A stretch of 64,000 nucleotides of DNA from Alphaproteobacteria bacterium (GCA_965214705.1 CBDCCI010000002.1:1824001-1888000), one strand, 5' to 3'; positions 28,966 through 38,516 are shown, counted from the first letter of the stretch. A program made the numbers and translations. The notes: generated by a model from the sequence alone, not told the origin.

Positions 28966-31485
28966 ATGGCGATCCTGAAGGAGATGGAGGCGGGCGGGCA
29001 GCTTCTCGCGGAGCTGCCGGACGACACGGACGACGCGCACTTCGTGCCGGCGCCCTGCCAGATCGCCTGCCCGGTGGGGACGGATGCGCCGTCCTACATC
29101 GCCTATATCTGGGAGCGGAAGTTCGAGGAGGCGTTCGAGGCGATCACGGCGACCAACCCGTTCAGCTCGATCTGCGGCCGGGTGTGCGATGCTCCGTGCG
29201 AGCCGGCGTGCCGGCGGACCGATTCCGACGGCCCGGTTCAGATCCGCAACCTGAAGCGCTTCGTCATGGACGAGGTAGGGCACGACTACGACCCGCCGCC
29301 GGTGCCGGTGCGGCACGAGCAGAGCGTGGCCGTGGTGGGCTCGGGCCCGGCGGGGCTAACCGCGGCGCACGAGCTCTCGGTCGCGGGCTATCGCGTTCAC
29401 GTCTACGAGATGACCGACCGTCTCGGCGGCATGATGATCTGGGGGATTCCGGCGTTCCGGCTGCCGCCCGGAATCATCCAGGAGGATATCGACCGCATGG
29501 CCCGGCGCTGCCCGGGGATGGAGGTTCACCTCAACACTGCGCTCGGCCGAGACGTGACGCTGGACGACCTCAAGGAGCGGCACGACGCGGTGGTCCTCGC
29601 CATCGGCGCATGGTGGGGCAAGAACATGGGCATTCCGGGGGAGGACGACACGCGCGTGATCGACGGCGTGCAGTTCCTGCGCGACGTGAATGAAGGCGCG
29701 CGGCCCGAGATGCCGGAGACGGTGGTGGTGGTGGGCGGCGGCGATGTCGCCATGGACGCCTGCAGGGTCGCGAAGCGCCTACCAGGCTGCAAGGACGTGA
29801 AGGTGATCTACCGACGGGGCCCGGCGGAGATCCCGGCACGCAAGATCGAGCTCGAAGGCGCGATCGAGGAGGGAATCGAGTTCATCTACCACACCCAGCA
29901 GACCGCGATCGTGCCGAAAGGCAACGAGCTCGCGGTGCGCTGCGTGCAGACGACGCTAGGCGATCCGGACGAGTCAGGCCGGCGCGCGCCGGTGAATGTG
30001 CCGGGCACGGAGCACGACATCGGCTGCGGCATGGTGATCGCCTCGGTGGGGCAGGAGGGTCTCTGTGACGACCTCGACCGGCGCGGCATGATGCTCTCCG
30101 ACCGGGTGCGGACCGAGTGGGAAGGCATGCGCACGAGCGATCCCAACGTGTTCGCGGCGGGCGACGGGGCCTTTGGCGGGTCCACCATCGTGATGGCGAT
30201 GAACCACGGCCAACGCGTCGCCTACTACGTGAAGGCGTTTCTCGAAGGGCGCGAGGACCCGTTGCCCTATCGCACGCCTCACCGGACGCGCCGCGTGCCG
30301 GTGGCGCAAGACCTGGAGTGGGAGCTGCTGCCGGTACAGCACCCGGACTTCCTCGGCCTTGGCGAGAACCCGGTGTCGTTCCCGGAGATCGAAACCACCT
30401 ATGGCTGGGAGGCGGCACGCAAGGAGGCGGCACGGTGCTTCCGCTGCGATGCGGAGACGGGCTCTGCCGACTATGCGGTGGACCATCGCGAAGACATCTT
30501 CGTGATGGCCCGCACCAGCCCCGACGACACGGTGCGCCAGAAGGCGATGCTGGAGAAGCGCATGGTCGAGCGCGGCGATCCCTTCCCGGCTGAGCTTCCA
30601 GGGGTGCTGGACGATATTGCGTTCCTGCCGGCGAACCTGTCGCGGCTGGTGATCGACCCCTATCGGGAGGCCTGCCGCATCGGCACCACCGTCGGCGGCA
30701 CCGATCTGGCGCTGCCCTTCATGGTGACGGGCTTCGACGACGCGCCGGCCGAGGTGCGGGCTGCGGTCGGCCAGGGCATTGCCGAGGTCGATGCGAGCTA
30801 CCTGGGGGTGCGGCCCGTTGGCGGCGACGCGCGCTGGTTCCAGCTTGTGCTGCCGGGGCAGATCGCGCCGAGCTCCGACGCGGCCGGGCTGATCTACGCG
30901 CTCGGGCATCGCTTCGCGCCGGTGGAGGCGACAAGGGCGGCCGAGGGCCAGATACTGGGCCTCTCAGTCTCCTCGCCGGCGGTGTTGGAAGAGGCGATAC
31001 CCTACGCGCTCGATGCGGGCTTCGACATGCTGCTGCTGGACGGCAGCGCAGGCCTCGGCACGCCCTGGGCGGAGCTTACGGGTGCGCCCGACCTCACCAT
31101 CCTGCGCGATGCCGTGGCGATCCTGCGCCGGTTGGATCGCGAGGAGGAGATCGATCTCGTCTACTTCGGCGGTGTGCGCTCCGGCACCGATGCGGCCAAG
31201 GTGATCGCGCTTGGTACCGTCGCCGTGGTGCTGGGCGTGGCGGTCGGCCTCGCCGCAGGCGGCGCCATCACCGGTACCCGCGAGCTCACGTTCGCCGCCG
31301 ACCGCAGCGACGAGGACCGCACCCACGGCACCGCCAACATCATCAAGGCGACCGCCTCCGAGGCCTCGATGATGGCGCGCTGCACCGGCAAGACGAACCT
31401 GCAGAACGTCGAGCCCGAAGACCTCCGCGCGCTCACCGTCGCGACCGCGACCGCAACCGGTATTCCCCTCGCCGGAACGAGGTAG
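28966..31485 (+). CDS. GltD-like Fe-S/FAD/NAD(P) oxidoreductase fused to a second, degenerate FMN-glutamate-synthase-like domain
   Basis: PCQIACP, ICGRVCDAPCEPAC, GSGPAGL, GGGDVAMD, AAGD and RCFRCD. C-terminal FLPANLSRLVID, GGVRSGTDAAKVIALG and MARCTGK. Confidence 0.82.
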   Translation: MAILKEMEAGGQLLAELPDDTDDAHFVPAPCQIACPVGTDAPSYIAYIWERKFEEAFEAITATNPFSSICGRVCDAPCEPACRRTDSDGPVQIRNLKRFVMDEVGHDYDPPPVPVRHEQSVAVVGSGPAGLTAAHELSVAGYRVHVYEMTDRLGGMMIWGIPAFRLPPGIIQEDIDRMARRCPGMEVHLNTALGRDVTLDDLKERHDAVVLAIGAWWGKNMGIPGEDDTRVIDGVQFLRDVNEGARPEMPETVVVVGGGDVAMDACRVAKRLPGCKDVKVIYRRGPAEIPARKIELEGAIEEGIEFIYHTQQTAIVPKGNELAVRCVQTTLGDPDESGRRAPVNVPGTEHDIGCGMVIASVGQEGLCDDLDRRGMMLSDRVRTEWEGMRTSDPNVFAAGDGAFGGSTIVMAMNHGQRVAYYVKAFLEGREDPLPYRTPHRTRRVPVAQDLEWELLPVQHPDFLGLGENPVSFPEIETTYGWEAARKEAARCFRCDAETGSADYAVDHREDIFVMARTSPDDTVRQKAMLEKRMVERGDPFPAELPGVLDDIAFLPANLSRLVIDPYREACRIGTTVGGTDLALPFMVTGFDDAPAEVRAAVGQGIAEVDASYLGVRPVGGDARWFQLVLPGQIAPSSDAAGLIYALGHRFAPVEATRAAEGQILGLSVSSPAVLEEAIPYALDAGFDMLLLDGSAGLGTPWAELTGAPDLTILRDAVAILRRLDREEEIDLVYFGGVRSGTDAAKVIALGTVAVVLGVAVGLAAGGAITGTRELTFAADRSDEDRTHGTANIIKATASEASMMARCTGKTNLQNVEPEDLRALTVATATATGIPLAGTR

Positions 31486-31531
31486 GGCGCGAGGGCTGCC
31501 GTTGCATCGCGTGATGGCATAGGCTGAGCAC

Positions 31532-32818
31532 GTGCTCGTCCACCTGAATTACGGCCGGGGACAGCGGGCGGTGGATCTGCCCGACGACCTCGATGTCTCC
31601 GTGATCGCCAAGCAGGCCATGCCGTTGCTCGCGGATTCGGCGGCGGCGATGGACCAGGCGCTCGCTCAGCCCGTGGGTTGCCCGGCACTCGCGGAAGAAG
31701 CGGCACGCGCCGAGAGCGCCTGCATCCTGATCTGCGACTTCACGCGCCCGGTACCGAACAGCGTGATTCTGCCGCCGCTGATCCGCACCCTGCTCGGTGC
31801 CGGGATGGCGCCGGAGCAGATAACGGTGCTGGTGGCGACCGGGTTGCACCGGCCCAACGAGGGCGAGGAGCTTGCCGCCCTGGTGGGCGATCCCTGGGTG
31901 CTGGAGACGGTGAACGTCGCGAACCATTTCGCGCGCGAGGACGCCGACCACGTGCTGGTGGGCACGACGGAGCGCGGCACGGTGGTGCGGCTCGACCGGC
32001 GCTTCGTCGAGGCCGATCTGCGCATCGCGACCGGCCTGGTGGAGCCGCACTTCATGGCCGGCTGGTCCGGTGGGCGGAAGGTGATCGCGCCCGGCGTCGC
32101 CCACGCCGAGACCATCACCACCTTCCACAGCGCGCGCTTCATGGAGCACCCCAACTGCACCAACTGCGTGCTGGAGGGCAATCCGCTGCACGAGGAGCAG
32201 CTGGAGATCATGGCGATGCTGGGCGGCGCGCGCGCGGTGAACACAGTCATCGACGACGAGCGCCGGATCGCCTTCCTCAACTATGGCGAGGTGGTGGCGA
32301 GCCATGAGGCTGCGGTCGCATTTGCCGAGCAGTTCTGCACTGTCCCCGTGGCCGAGCGGTTCAACACCGTGCTGACCAGCTCCGCCGGCTATCCGCTCGA
32401 CGCGACCTATTACCAGACCGTCAAGGGAATGGTCGGGCCTTTGGAAATCCTGGCACCGGGCGGCGACCTCATTGTCGCGTCCGCCTGCTCCGAGGGCCTG
32501 GGCTCGGCGCACTATGCGGACGCACAGCGCCGTCTGGTGGAAAATGGGCCGGAGCACTTCCTCGACGAGATCAGTGCCAAGACCCACGCCGCGATCGACG
32601 AATGGCAGACCGAGATGCAGCTCCGCCCCATGCGGGTCGGCACGATCCATCTATTTACCGACGGCCTCGCGCCGGAGGAACGCGCGCTCACCGGAGTCAA
32701 CCTGACCGACTCGCTGGCGAGCACGGTGGCGGAGAGCACCGCCCGGCACGGTGATCCGCGTGTCGCTGTGATCCCTGAAGGGCCTTACTTGGTTCCTGTC
32801 CACCGGCCCGCCGCATAG
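31532..32818 (+). CDS. larA: Nickel-pincer-dependent lactate racemase (LarA) family 2-hydroxyacid racemase/epimerase
   Basis: CDFTRP, ATGLHR, EPHFMAGWSGGRK, GYPLD.TYYQTVKG and VIPEGPY. Confidence 0.88.
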   Translation: MLVHLNYGRGQRAVDLPDDLDVSVIAKQAMPLLADSAAAMDQALAQPVGCPALAEEAARAESACILICDFTRPVPNSVILPPLIRTLLGAGMAPEQITVLVATGLHRPNEGEELAALVGDPWVLETVNVANHFAREDADHVLVGTTERGTVVRLDRRFVEADLRIATGLVEPHFMAGWSGGRKVIAPGVAHAETITTFHSARFMEHPNCTNCVLEGNPLHEEQLEIMAMLGGARAVNTVIDDERRIAFLNYGEVVASHEAAVAFAEQFCTVPVAERFNTVLTSSAGYPLDATYYQTVKGMVGPLEILAPGGDLIVASACSEGLGSAHYADAQRRLVENGPEHFLDEISAKTHAAIDEWQTEMQLRPMRVGTIHLFTDGLAPEERALTGVNLTDSLASTVAESTARHGDPRVAVIPEGPYLVPVHRPAA

Positions 32819-32929
32819 CACCTCGCCGTCTTTCCGCTTGCGTTTGCCGCGCCCTTGGCGAACGCCGAATCCAAAGGTAGGTTTTCCACACGCGGCCCGG
32901 CTCGGCCGATGGACAGCAGGGGGTATGCG

Positions 32930-34759
32930 ATGTCGTGGCAAGGCAGACTGTTGCGGGTTGACCTCAGTGCAGGCACCTGCACCGAAGAGGCGCTCAACAT
33001 GGAGTGGGCGCAGGCCTATCTGGGCAGCAGGGGCCTTGCCACCAAGTACATCGTCGAGGAGATGGACCCGAAGGCGGATCCGCTCTCGCCCGAGAACGTG
33101 CTCATCTTCGCCACCGGCCCGCTCACCGGGACCACGGCGCCGACGGCCGGACGCTACACCGTCGTCACCAAGGGTGCGCTCACCAACGCCATCGCCTGCT
33201 CGAACTCGGGCGGCTACTTCGGCGGGGAGCTGAAGCTCGCCGGCTGGGACATGGTGATCTGCCAGGGCCGCTCGCCGCGCCCGGTCTACCTCTACATCAA
33301 GGACGACCACGCGGAGCTGATCGACGCCGAAGGCTTCATCTGGGGCAAGTCGGTCTGGGATACCGAGCCGGCGATCAAGGCGCGTCACCAGGACGGCGCC
33401 ATCAAGATCGCCTCCATCGGCCGCGCAGGCGAGAACCTGAACCGCTATGCCTGCGTGATGAACGACCTCGACCGGGCCGCCGGGCGCTCCGGCGTCGGCG
33501 CGGTGATGGGGTCCAAGAACCTGAAGGCCATCGCGGTGCGTGGCACGCGGGGCGTCGCAGTGGACGATGACGACGCCTTCGCCGACGCCGTGGAGAAGGC
33601 CGCCGGCGCGCTCGCTGCGAGCCAGACCCGCGCGGACCTCGCGCGCACCGGCACGCTCTCCATGATCGACGTGACCCAGGCCTTCGGCAGCTTGCCGACC
33701 CGCAACAACCAGGACGTGCAGTTCGAGGGCACCGGCAACCTGGGCCCCGATGCGATGGCGAAGGTGCGGCGCTCGGACGGCTCCGCCAACCTGGTGGCGA
33801 ACCGGGCCTGCTTCGCCTGCACCATCGGCTGCCAGCGGGCGTCGAAGATGGAGCCCAACCACTTCGCGATCAAGGAGCGCGACCGCTACAAGAAGGTGAG
33901 CGGCGGGCTGGAGTACGAATCGGCCTATTCGCTCGGCCCCATGGTGGGCGTGGACGATATCGAGGCCGCGACCTTCGCGAACTTCGTCTGCAACGAGGAC
34001 GGGATGGACCCGATCTCCTTCGGGGCGACCGTCGCGGCTGCCATGGAGCTCTATGAAGAGGGCGCCATCACCGACGCCGAGACCGGCGGTGTGCCTTACA
34101 ACTTCGGCTCGGCCGAGGCGCTCTGCCGGGCAGCGGAGGATGCCGGCACGGGCACCGGCTTCGGCCAGGACCTGGGCCTCGGCGCCAAGCGGCTCTGCGA
34201 GAAGTACGGCCGGCCCGAGCTCGCCATGGTCGCCAAGGGGCAGGAGTTCCCCGGCTACGACGGCCGCTCGATGCAGGGCATGGGGCTCGCCTACGCCACC
34301 AGCAACCGCGGCGCTTGCCACCTGCGCGCCGACCCTTACGAGGACGATTTTTCCGGCGGCAAGCTGGAGGGTAAGGCGAAGATCGTGAAGGACAGCCAGG
34401 ATTCGAATGCCGCCATCGATTCCGTCGGCATCTGCGCCTTCCCGATGATGATCTGGGGCCTCGACGAGGTCGCCAACCTGGTCAACGCCGGCTGCGCTGG
34501 CGAGTGGACCGTGGACCGGCTGAACGAGACCGGCGAGCGCATCTGGAACATGGAGCGTCAGTTCAACCTCGACGCCGGCATGACCGCCGCCGATGACACG
34601 CTGCCGCAGCGCATCCTCAAGGAGGCGGTGAAGAGCGGCTCGGGCAAGGGCAAGGTCTGCGAGCTCGACACCATGCTGCCGCAGTACTACGAGCTGCGCG
34701 GCTGGACTGCGGAGGGCCGGCCCACGGCCGCGACCATGGAGCGGCTCGGCCTCGGCTGA
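32930..34759 (+). CDS. aor: Aldehyde:ferredoxin oxidoreductase (AOR, W/Mo-bis-pterin family)
   Basis: LLRVDLS, GPLTGT, SNSGG.FG.ELK.AG.D, GRSGVGAVMGSKNLKAI, CFACTIGC, EYE and TSNRGACH. Confidence 0.92.
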   Translation: MSWQGRLLRVDLSAGTCTEEALNMEWAQAYLGSRGLATKYIVEEMDPKADPLSPENVLIFATGPLTGTTAPTAGRYTVVTKGALTNAIACSNSGGYFGGELKLAGWDMVICQGRSPRPVYLYIKDDHAELIDAEGFIWGKSVWDTEPAIKARHQDGAIKIASIGRAGENLNRYACVMNDLDRAAGRSGVGAVMGSKNLKAIAVRGTRGVAVDDDDAFADAVEKAAGALAASQTRADLARTGTLSMIDVTQAFGSLPTRNNQDVQFEGTGNLGPDAMAKVRRSDGSANLVANRACFACTIGCQRASKMEPNHFAIKERDRYKKVSGGLEYESAYSLGPMVGVDDIEAATFANFVCNEDGMDPISFGATVAAAMELYEEGAITDAETGGVPYNFGSAEALCRAAEDAGTGTGFGQDLGLGAKRLCEKYGRPELAMVAKGQEFPGYDGRSMQGMGLAYATSNRGACHLRADPYEDDFSGGKLEGKAKIVKDSQDSNAAIDSVGICAFPMMIWGLDEVANLVNAGCAGEWTVDRLNETGERIWNMERQFNLDAGMTAADDTLPQRILKEAVKSGSGKGKVCELDTMLPQYYELRGWTAEGRPTAATMERLGLG

Positions 34760-34808
34760 ACGTTAGCCCGCTATCGGGACCGCTGCGTCAACGGCGGCAT
34801 AGCCGCAA

Positions 34809-35126
34809 TCAAGCCGCAGTGGAGATCGCGCCCACCTCGTTGTCGACGATCACCGGCGATTCGAAATACTCGATCGAAGGCTCGGCGCCCAGGCGCTCGC
34901 GGATGCCGGCTTTCCAGGCCGCGCTATAGAGGCGCTCGGCATCCTCGCGCGACTCGAAGAGATACACGCCGCCGCCGGTCCGGCCGTCCTCGGACAGAAG
35001 ATAGTACTTGCGAACCAGACCCTGGACGCCCTGGTAGAGCGGTGCAGATGCCTCGAATGCGGCCTTTGCCGCCTCGCGCGTCTTGTCCTCGGGCAGCGCG
35101 AAACGAACGATCGCGGTTACCGCCAT
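34809..35126 (-). CDS. YdhR-like monooxygenase family protein
   Basis: GLVRKYYL...GGGVYLFESREDA; AGGAG RBS. Confidence 0.75.
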   Translation of the reverse strand: MAVTAIVRFALPEDKTREAAKAAFEASAPLYQGVQGLVRKYYLLSEDGRTGGGVYLFESREDAERLYSAAWKAGIRERLGAEPSIEYFESPVIVDNEVGAISTAA

Positions 35127-35229
35127 GGCTGATGTCTCCTCGGTTCGTCGTTCGGGGCGGAGGATAGCAGCCGTTGCGCACGCGGTCACCGCACCCCTTC
35201 GGCAACCGCTCCAGAGCCATCCTTTGCCG

Positions 35230-35523
35230 TCAATCGACGCCCTCGACCACCCGGAAGTCGCGCTCCACCGCGCCTTCGAGCTTCGCGACGGCGGCCTGAT
35301 AGGCGGCACCATCGTGGGTGGCGAGCGCCTGTTCGAAGCTCTCGAACTCGACCACGACGGTGCGCCCGGCAATGCCGGCGTCGAAGGCCTGGACCTTGCC
35401 GCCGCGCGCCAGGAACGTGCCGCCGCCGGCGATGATTGCAGGCCCTGCCAACTTGGCGTATTCCGCCAGCGCGTCGGGATCCTTGATCTCCCGGTAGCAA
35501 CTCACCCAGTAACCCTTCGCCAT
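35230..35523 (-). CDS. DUF1330 domain protein
   Basis: KGYWV, GG.FLARGG, RTVVVEFES.E.A and YQAA. Confidence 0.85.
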   Translation of the reverse strand: MAKGYWVSCYREIKDPDALAEYAKLAGPAIIAGGGTFLARGGKVQAFDAGIAGRTVVVEFESFEQALATHDGAAYQAAVAKLEGAVERDFRVVEGVD

Positions 35524-35735
35524 TGTGTCCTCCTTTCGTGATTGCGTCCGACGCGACCGGTGCGTCGGGATGTCGATGACCCGGCCCGTCCCCGGCCTCG
35601 ATAGTCTCCGCCACGGGTTCGTGCGAGGTGTTCTCGGGCTTTTACCCGAGCAGGACGGTGGGGTCGATTGTGGTGCACAGGATGTTATGTGCTATGTGAG
35701 CCAATCTGCGGCGGCAGTGCGGGAGCGGGTGAGAC

Positions 35736-35978
35736 ATGCGGGTCAAGGTGGAGCTCATCGCCATCGAGCTCCCTCAATTCGGCAGCGACAAGAGCCGCGA
35801 CCTCGACCTCGAGGCGGGCGCGAACGTCGCGGACGCGCTCTCCGGCCTCGGCGTGGACGCCGATCCCGCCATCCTCGCCATGGTGAACGGCGAGGCCGTG
35901 CCCCGCGATCAGTGGCCCGAGACGGCGCTCTCGGCAGACGACACGATCAGCCTGTTCCGGCCGTTCAAGGGGGGCTAA
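35736..35978 (+). CDS. MoaD/ThiS family sulfur-carrier protein
   Basis: 80 aa, VNGE motif and C-terminal FKGG; close to the AOR gene. Confidence 0.85.
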   Translation: MRVKVELIAIELPQFGSDKSRDLDLEAGANVADALSGLGVDADPAILAMVNGEAVPRDQWPETALSADDTISLFRPFKGG

Positions 35979-36168
35979 CCTATCCCAAGTACTCTATTTC
36001 TCCAATTGCTTATACCTGACACACAGTTTTTGCTTTTGTCTTCTAACGACCGGGGATAATATGTCCGCCAACATAACAGCCACTTGTCGCCTTGCCCATA
36101 AAAACATACATTTTCATCTATTCAATTTAGTCTTAAAATCGCTAACGCTGTGCCACTTCAGGAAACTC

Positions 36169-36879
36169 TTAACGAGAAATCTCACCGCTTGCCATTACAT
36201 GAATTATTGCTCCCAATAGGTCTTGCGCAGACACTCCTGCGACTTCTTCACACACCTCCTCTAACTCACCTTCCCAGACTTCCCCCCGTCTCGGATTGAC
36301 AATTCCCATTCTCGATACACCGAATTGGTTTGAAGACAAATTCAATGCAGAGTAAACGATTAGCTGCCTTATGTCGCTACTGCGAAACCGTCGATCCACG
36401 GACTTTATCTCAAAAATCGTCTCCTTAACTAACACGTCTCCTTCGGAATTATCCACGAAGCCGCAACCTGCAAATTTTGGACGCAAGACAACGCAATCGA
36501 GTTCCTTTCTAAAGAATTTTCCCAGTCTAATCGAAATCTCTTGCGCCTCCTCTTCTTCCTCTTTCGCAAGACCTTCTCGCAGTACCAGCCCTCGGCCTAC
36601 ATATTGCCCCATTCGCGCCTTTGCAATCCTCCATGCGCTTCGATTCAACTGCGCTTCTGATCTCTTTCGCTTCCGTGCCTCATCTCCAACGCGCTCGCAG
36701 AACACTGAAAAACCATACTCGGCAATCAAAGCCCTATTACTTGTATTCGAATCGTTCATGGGGTTTTCAAAATTCCTGACCTCCGCAATATTCAAGCGAC
36801 GCACGAAATGCTCACAGGTCGGAGCATGTGTGTGCCAAAAGGCATTGTAGGAATGCGCAAATGTTAAGGCATCTATCAT
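36169..36879 (-). CDS. PD-(D/E)XK (RecB/Cas4-like) nuclease-family protein, 236 aa
   Basis: EGDVL...FEIKS...DIRQLIVY...GIVNPRRG. ATG at 36879 overlaps the RT stop codon (ATGA). Confidence 0.72.
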   Translation of the reverse strand: MIDALTFAHSYNAFWHTHAPTCEHFVRRLNIAEVRNFENPMNDSNTSNRALIAEYGFSVFCERVGDEARKRKRSEAQLNRSAWRIAKARMGQYVGRGLVLREGLAKEEEEEAQEISIRLGKFFRKELDCVVLRPKFAGCGFVDNSEGDVLVKETIFEIKSVDRRFRSSDIRQLIVYSALNLSSNQFGVSRMGIVNPRRGEVWEGELEEVCEEVAGVSAQDLLGAIIHVMASGEISR

Positions 36880-38516
36880 ATCGGAGTAACCCAACGAGCA
36901 TTTTTTGCTTTTTTCCCCGCCCATTCCAACATGAATTTTTCAAAGAGACTTAACTCCGTTTGGATATGACGTCGCCAATGACGACCCTCGTCTTTCAAAG
37001 TGTAAGACGCCACAATGAAGGCTGTCCGCTCTGGACCGCTCAACTCCCTGAAGGCATTCTTGACATTTGAGAGCCAATACCAGTCGCCGAGTTTGGCGGC
37101 TGCTAGAATAATACCCCTTCGAATGAGAGGCGAGGACCGCCGCTCGTATATACCTTGAAGAAGGGCCCGGCTCTTGCCTGTCTTAGATCTGGCCAAGAGC
37201 CGAATCCCATAGCTGAGGTGTACATCTACCCGGAAAATATACGAGTCGTTTTCGATCAGCTGTTGCAGTTCATCTATAATCGCCCTTTGTGTTGATGTTG
37301 AGAGCTCGTCAAACACCTGATCAACCACCAGGAGAACGGAAGAAAATATGGGATAGAGTACATCGTTATTGTTCAATAATGAGCGCACTGCGTTGTCCTT
37401 ATAGTTTCCTTCAAGGAAACGAATGGCTGCAACCACTTTGCGCGCTAAAGCCGTATGCACACGGCTCTTAGCCAGCTCTTCTTTGAGCATACTAATAATG
37501 TCAAATTTCCTAACTTCGCGTTTCAATCGCTCAAAGTCCTCATCACGAGTTGGTGAGTAGGGGTCAAATCTTAACGAGAATCGTAGTAGCTGACTACGTT
37601 TGTGAGCATCTGCCGCAGCTTTGCCCTCAGCTTCCGGATCCGCTTCGGGCAATTGATGTCGAAGAGGGTTAGTCGCACGGAACTCTATAGAGGTCATAAT
37701 TCGAGTTTTGGACTTTTGCAGGGACAGGCCTTGGTTGGTGAATAACATTTCGGATAAAAGCACGAGTTGACGGTATGCTGCCTCGCGTGTGTCGGCGAAA
37801 ATGTGATAATCATCGGCAAAGCGAGTAAAGACAACTCCCTGCCCGATAAGCAATTGATCGATTTGATTGATGGTCAGCTCAGAAAGTATGCGTGAGGCTG
37901 GACCGCCAATAGGCAGACCAAACGAACGTGTGTTCGAATAGTTTGCGAGAAATGACATAATTCGTTTCGGATACGGTGTATCCCCAGCAATTTGCATTAA
38001 GGCGTTTTCGATTCGATGATGACCCAATCTGGAGTAAAACTCGGCAATATCGCAAATGACGACGAAAGAATACTTTTTGGATAGTGCTATCGAGTGGTTC
38101 ATGAATTGAAACCATCCAAAATTACGATCAAATAGATCTGCGGTTTTCTTGCTTAAGGAATAGCGATAGGAAAAAACCATTCGCTCAGTCTTGTGGGGTC
38201 GGGTTCTTTCAATTTTGGTGGTGAGGGCCAAGACACACGTAAGAAAATGAGCGTTCCAAATGGGATCAATTTGGGTGGCCCATCGGAAGCCCGAATAGCT
38301 AACAGGGGTTAGAGAGTTTACATTGCGGGGAGAGAAGCGCGTGAGATAGGTATCAAAGTTCTTATCGTATTCCAAAATTAGTTCAACTATGTCTTCCTGC
38401 ATGTCTGAAAAAGCCAAATTTTCGATTGGAAAGGGGAATATATCTGTGTCCCCATGTGCGACTATATTGCGAACAGCCCTAGTGGCTGCACTCCTAAACT
38501 GGGCCGGCTTTACCAT
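36876..38516 (-). CDS. Reverse transcriptase, UG/Abi (DRT-like) group, with a long alpha-helical C-terminal region
   Basis: RT motifs FRWATQIDP, ICDIAEFYSRLGHH, GLPIGGPASRILSEL, catalytic RFADDY and GLSLQKSKT. No maturase, Cas1 or retron VTG motif. Confidence 0.9.
   Translation of the reverse strand: MVKPAQFRSAATRAVRNIVAHGDTDIFPFPIENLAFSDMQEDIVELILEYDKNFDTYLTRFSPRNVNSLTPVSYSGFRWATQIDPIWNAHFLTCVLALTTKIERTRPHKTERMVFSYRYSLSKKTADLFDRNFGWFQFMNHSIALSKKYSFVVICDIAEFYSRLGHHRIENALMQIAGDTPYPKRIMSFLANYSNTRSFGLPIGGPASRILSELTINQIDQLLIGQGVVFTRFADDYHIFADTREAAYRQLVLLSEMLFTNQGLSLQKSKTRIMTSIEFRATNPLRHQLPEADPEAEGKAAADAHKRSQLLRFSLRFDPYSPTRDEDFERLKREVRKFDIISMLKEELAKSRVHTALARKVVAAIRFLEGNYKDNAVRSLLNNNDVLYPIFSSVLLVVDQVFDELSTSTQRAIIDELQQLIENDSYIFRVDVHLSYGIRLLARSKTGKSRALLQGIYERRSSPLIRRGIILAAAKLGDWYWLSNVKNAFRELSGPERTAFIVASYTLKDEGRHWRRHIQTELSLFEKFMLEWAGKKAKNARWVTPI

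Noticed and set aside
36880-36924. Longer start for the nuclease (MGGEK...)
   Set aside because: It lies inside the RT coding region; the ATGA-coupled start at 36879 is more plausible.
36876-38516. RT as a retron, group II intron, DGR or CRISPR-associated RT
   Set aside because: No space or inverted repeats for msr-msd, no VTG motif, no maturase or intron domain V, no TR/VR pair, and no cas genes or array.
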